Below, piece after piece: positions 36,700-38,016 of a stretch of DNA of 38,016 nucleotides. Position 1 is the first letter of the stretch, and each line of letters begins with the position of its first letter. The stretch is from Nautiliaceae bacterium. GTDB lineage: Bacteria; Campylobacterota; Campylobacteria; Campylobacterales; Nautiliaceae. A program made the position numbers and the translations under genes. The stretch lies in contig JALVUH010000079.1 of the NCBI GenBank assembly GCA_027035735.1, positions 1 to 38,016 of the forward strand. Reading direction: 5' to 3'. The notes under the pieces were generated by a model. The model searched no databases and was not told where the DNA came from. It saw nothing but the letters and a program-made list of their open reading frames with translations.

Positions 36700-37725
36700 A
36701 TGGGAAAGGTTTTTGTTGATGCTTGTTTTGGTAAAGAGACGCCTTATACTCCTGTTTGGATGATGAGACAGGCTGGGAGGTATCTGCCAGAATATATGGA
36801 AGTGAGACGTAAAGTTGGTAATTTTCTTGATATGACAAGAAATCCTGAAATTGTTGCAGAAATTACACTTCAACCAATAAAAAGACTTGATGTAGATGCT
36901 GCTATTTTGTTTAGCGATATTCTAAATCTTCCAATGGAAATGGGACTTCCACTTAGATTTGAAAAAGGAGTTGGACCTATTTTTGATAAGACAATAAATG
37001 ATGAAAAAGATATTGAAGAGCTTGATGAGAGGGCATATGAGAAAATTTCATATGTTTATAAAGGAATTAAACTTATTAAAAAAGATTTGCCAGAATCTAA
37101 AGCATTAATAGGTTTTAGTGGTTCTCCTTGGACAGTTTCTACATATATGGTAGAAGGAAGAGGAAGCAAACAATATGCAAAAATTAAAAAAATGGTTTAT
37201 ACAAATCCAAAATTACTTCATAAATTATTAGATAAAGTAACAGACCAGACTATAAAATATCTATCTAAACAAATTGAATCAGGTGCTGATGCTATAATGG
37301 TATTTGATAGTTGGGGAGGGGCACTTGAGAGAGAGAAATTTTTTGAGTTTTCTTGGGAATATATGAAAGAAATAGCAAAAAGTATTAAACAAAATTATAA
37401 AAATATTCCTGTAATTTTATTTTCAAAAGGTGTTGGGCTTTATATGAGTGATATGGATGGAGAATTTGATGTTTTAGGAATAGATTGGAATACACCAATG
37501 GATTATGCTTTAGATATCTTTAAAGATAACTATACCCTTCAAGGTAATATGGACCCAACAAGACTATATTCTAAAGAAGCTACAAAAGAAGCTGTTATTA
37601 AAATTGCTGAAATTATGAAAGGGCATAGGCATATTTTTAATTTAGGGCATGGAATTTTACCTGATGTGCCAGTTGAAAATGCTAAATATTTTGTGGATTT
37701 ATGTAAGGAAGTTACAAGGAGATAA
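36700..37725 (+). CDS. hemE: uroporphyrinogen decarboxylase
   Basis: N-terminal signature [41 protein letters not shown]. Confidence 0.95.
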   Translation: MGKVFVDACFGKETPYTPVWMMRQAGRYLPEYMEVRRKVGNFLDMTRNPEIVAEITLQPIKRLDVDAAILFSDILNLPMEMGLPLRFEKGVGPIFDKTINDEKDIEELDERAYEKISYVYKGIKLIKKDLPESKALIGFSGSPWTVSTYMVEGRGSKQYAKIKKMVYTNPKLLHKLLDKVTDQTIKYLSKQIESGADAIMVFDSWGGALEREKFFEFSWEYMKEIAKSIKQNYKNIPVILFSKGVGLYMSDMDGEFDVLGIDWNTPMDYALDIFKDNYTLQGNMDPTRLYSKEATKEAVIKIAEIMKGHRHIFNLGHGILPDVPVENAKYFVDLCKEVTRR

Positions 37726-37726
37726 G

Positions 37727-38016
37727 ATGAACTTAAGAAGACTTAGACTTAATAGTAATATTAGAGATTTAGTAAGAGAAAATTATGTTACAAAAAATGA
37801 TTTAATAATGCCTGTTTTTATAAAAGAAGGACTTAAAGGCAAAAATGAAATAAAATCAATGCCTGGGATTTATCAATATGGAGAAAAAGAATTTTTAGAT
37901 GAGATAGCTGAGTGTATTGAACTTGGAATAAAGGCAGTTATACTTTTTGGTATTCCAAAACTAAAAGATTCTTGTGGAAGTGATGCTCTTGATGAAGAAG
38001 GGCTAATTGCAAGAAG
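37727..38016 (+). CDS. hemB: porphobilinogen synthase (delta-aminolevulinate dehydratase), 3' end outside window
   Basis: The ATG at 37727 lies 1 nt after the hemE stop. MNLRRLRLNSNIRDLVRENYVTKNDLIMPVFIKEG...MPGIYQYG...ELGIKAVILFGIP matches the conserved HemB N-terminus. Confidence 0.85.
   Translation, partial: MNLRRLRLNSNIRDLVRENYVTKNDLIMPVFIKEGLKGKNEIKSMPGIYQYGEKEFLDEIAECIELGIKAVILFGIPKLKDSCGSDALDEEGLIAR

Noticed and set aside
586-36873. Nineteen short ORFs (62-141 aa) in the supplied track lie inside, and mostly antisense to, larger genes. They are 586..789, 4289..4492, 5832..6038, 6145..6396, 7812..8084, 8852..9061, 12944..13156, 17826..18029, 18162..18353, 22581..22796, 22588..23013, 23623..23823, 24021..24230, 25084..25362, 30838..31188, 31061..31255, 31411..31599, 32780..32998 and 36679..36873.
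   Set aside because: All lie within well-supported genes with recognisable domains. Their products are low-complexity (Phe/Ile/Ser/Cys-rich) with no motifs, RBSs or signal features. They are shadow ORFs, typical of the opposite strand or off-frame of real coding sequence.
1-38016. Searched for CRISPR arrays, transposase or integrase genes, IS-type terminal repeats, tRNA/rRNA genes, and defence-system-like gene sets
   Set aside because: None found. Intergenic space is minimal except 26199..26497, and every sizeable ORF has a housekeeping, flagellar or respiratory assignment. The absence of napC is normal for NapGH-type epsilonproteobacterial operons and is not a deletion.

Overview
This is an AT-rich chromosomal window with Campylobacterota (Epsilonproteobacteria) gene order. 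The combination of napAGHBFLD with an epsilon-type hao gene suggests a Nautiliales-like organism (Nautilia, Caminibacter or Lebetimonas), but that placement is inference. The first ~12 kb is ordinary core genome: the flgL 3' end, ftsK, an OmpA-family lipoprotein, an amidohydrolase, then aroQ, an M24 peptidase and folK-flhF-flhG-x-fliA-fliM-fliY, the order I recall from Helicobacter and Campylobacter. From ~13.5 kb to the end, the window is a dense respiratory and cofactor neighbourhood. It contains lgt-hemY-(CPPC thioredoxin-like)-ccdA-lipoprotein and a small c-type cytochrome. On the minus strand lies a complete periplasmic nitrate reductase operon, napAGHBFLD, followed directly by an octahaem hydroxylamine-oxidoreductase-family cytochrome (epsilon-Hao). 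Divergent from napA is a near-consensus promoter and a ~150-nt structured leader that looks like a Moco riboswitch. This precedes an unbroken overlapping gene chain: modA, a TOBE protein, modB, modC, a response regulator and a histidine kinase. After that come a NapC/NrfH-type tetrahaem cytochrome, a second CPPC thioredoxin-like paralog, fused ccsBA, a yjdM/phnA-like gene, hemA, hemE and the hemB 5' end. I saw no rRNA or tRNA genes, CRISPR arrays, transposases or integrases. The most interesting non-coding signal is a 15-bp direct repeat, GCAC-N7-RCAC, with half-sites 11 bp apart. I found the complete two-half-site form only in three intergenic regions: upstream of haoA, upstream of the NapC/NrfH gene, and in the napA/modA divergent region. 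Two of these sites sit exactly 10 nt from a -10 hexamer. It is a candidate operator for the OmpR-family regulator encoded in the same block. All functional calls come from motif recognition by eye; no searches or folding programs were run.
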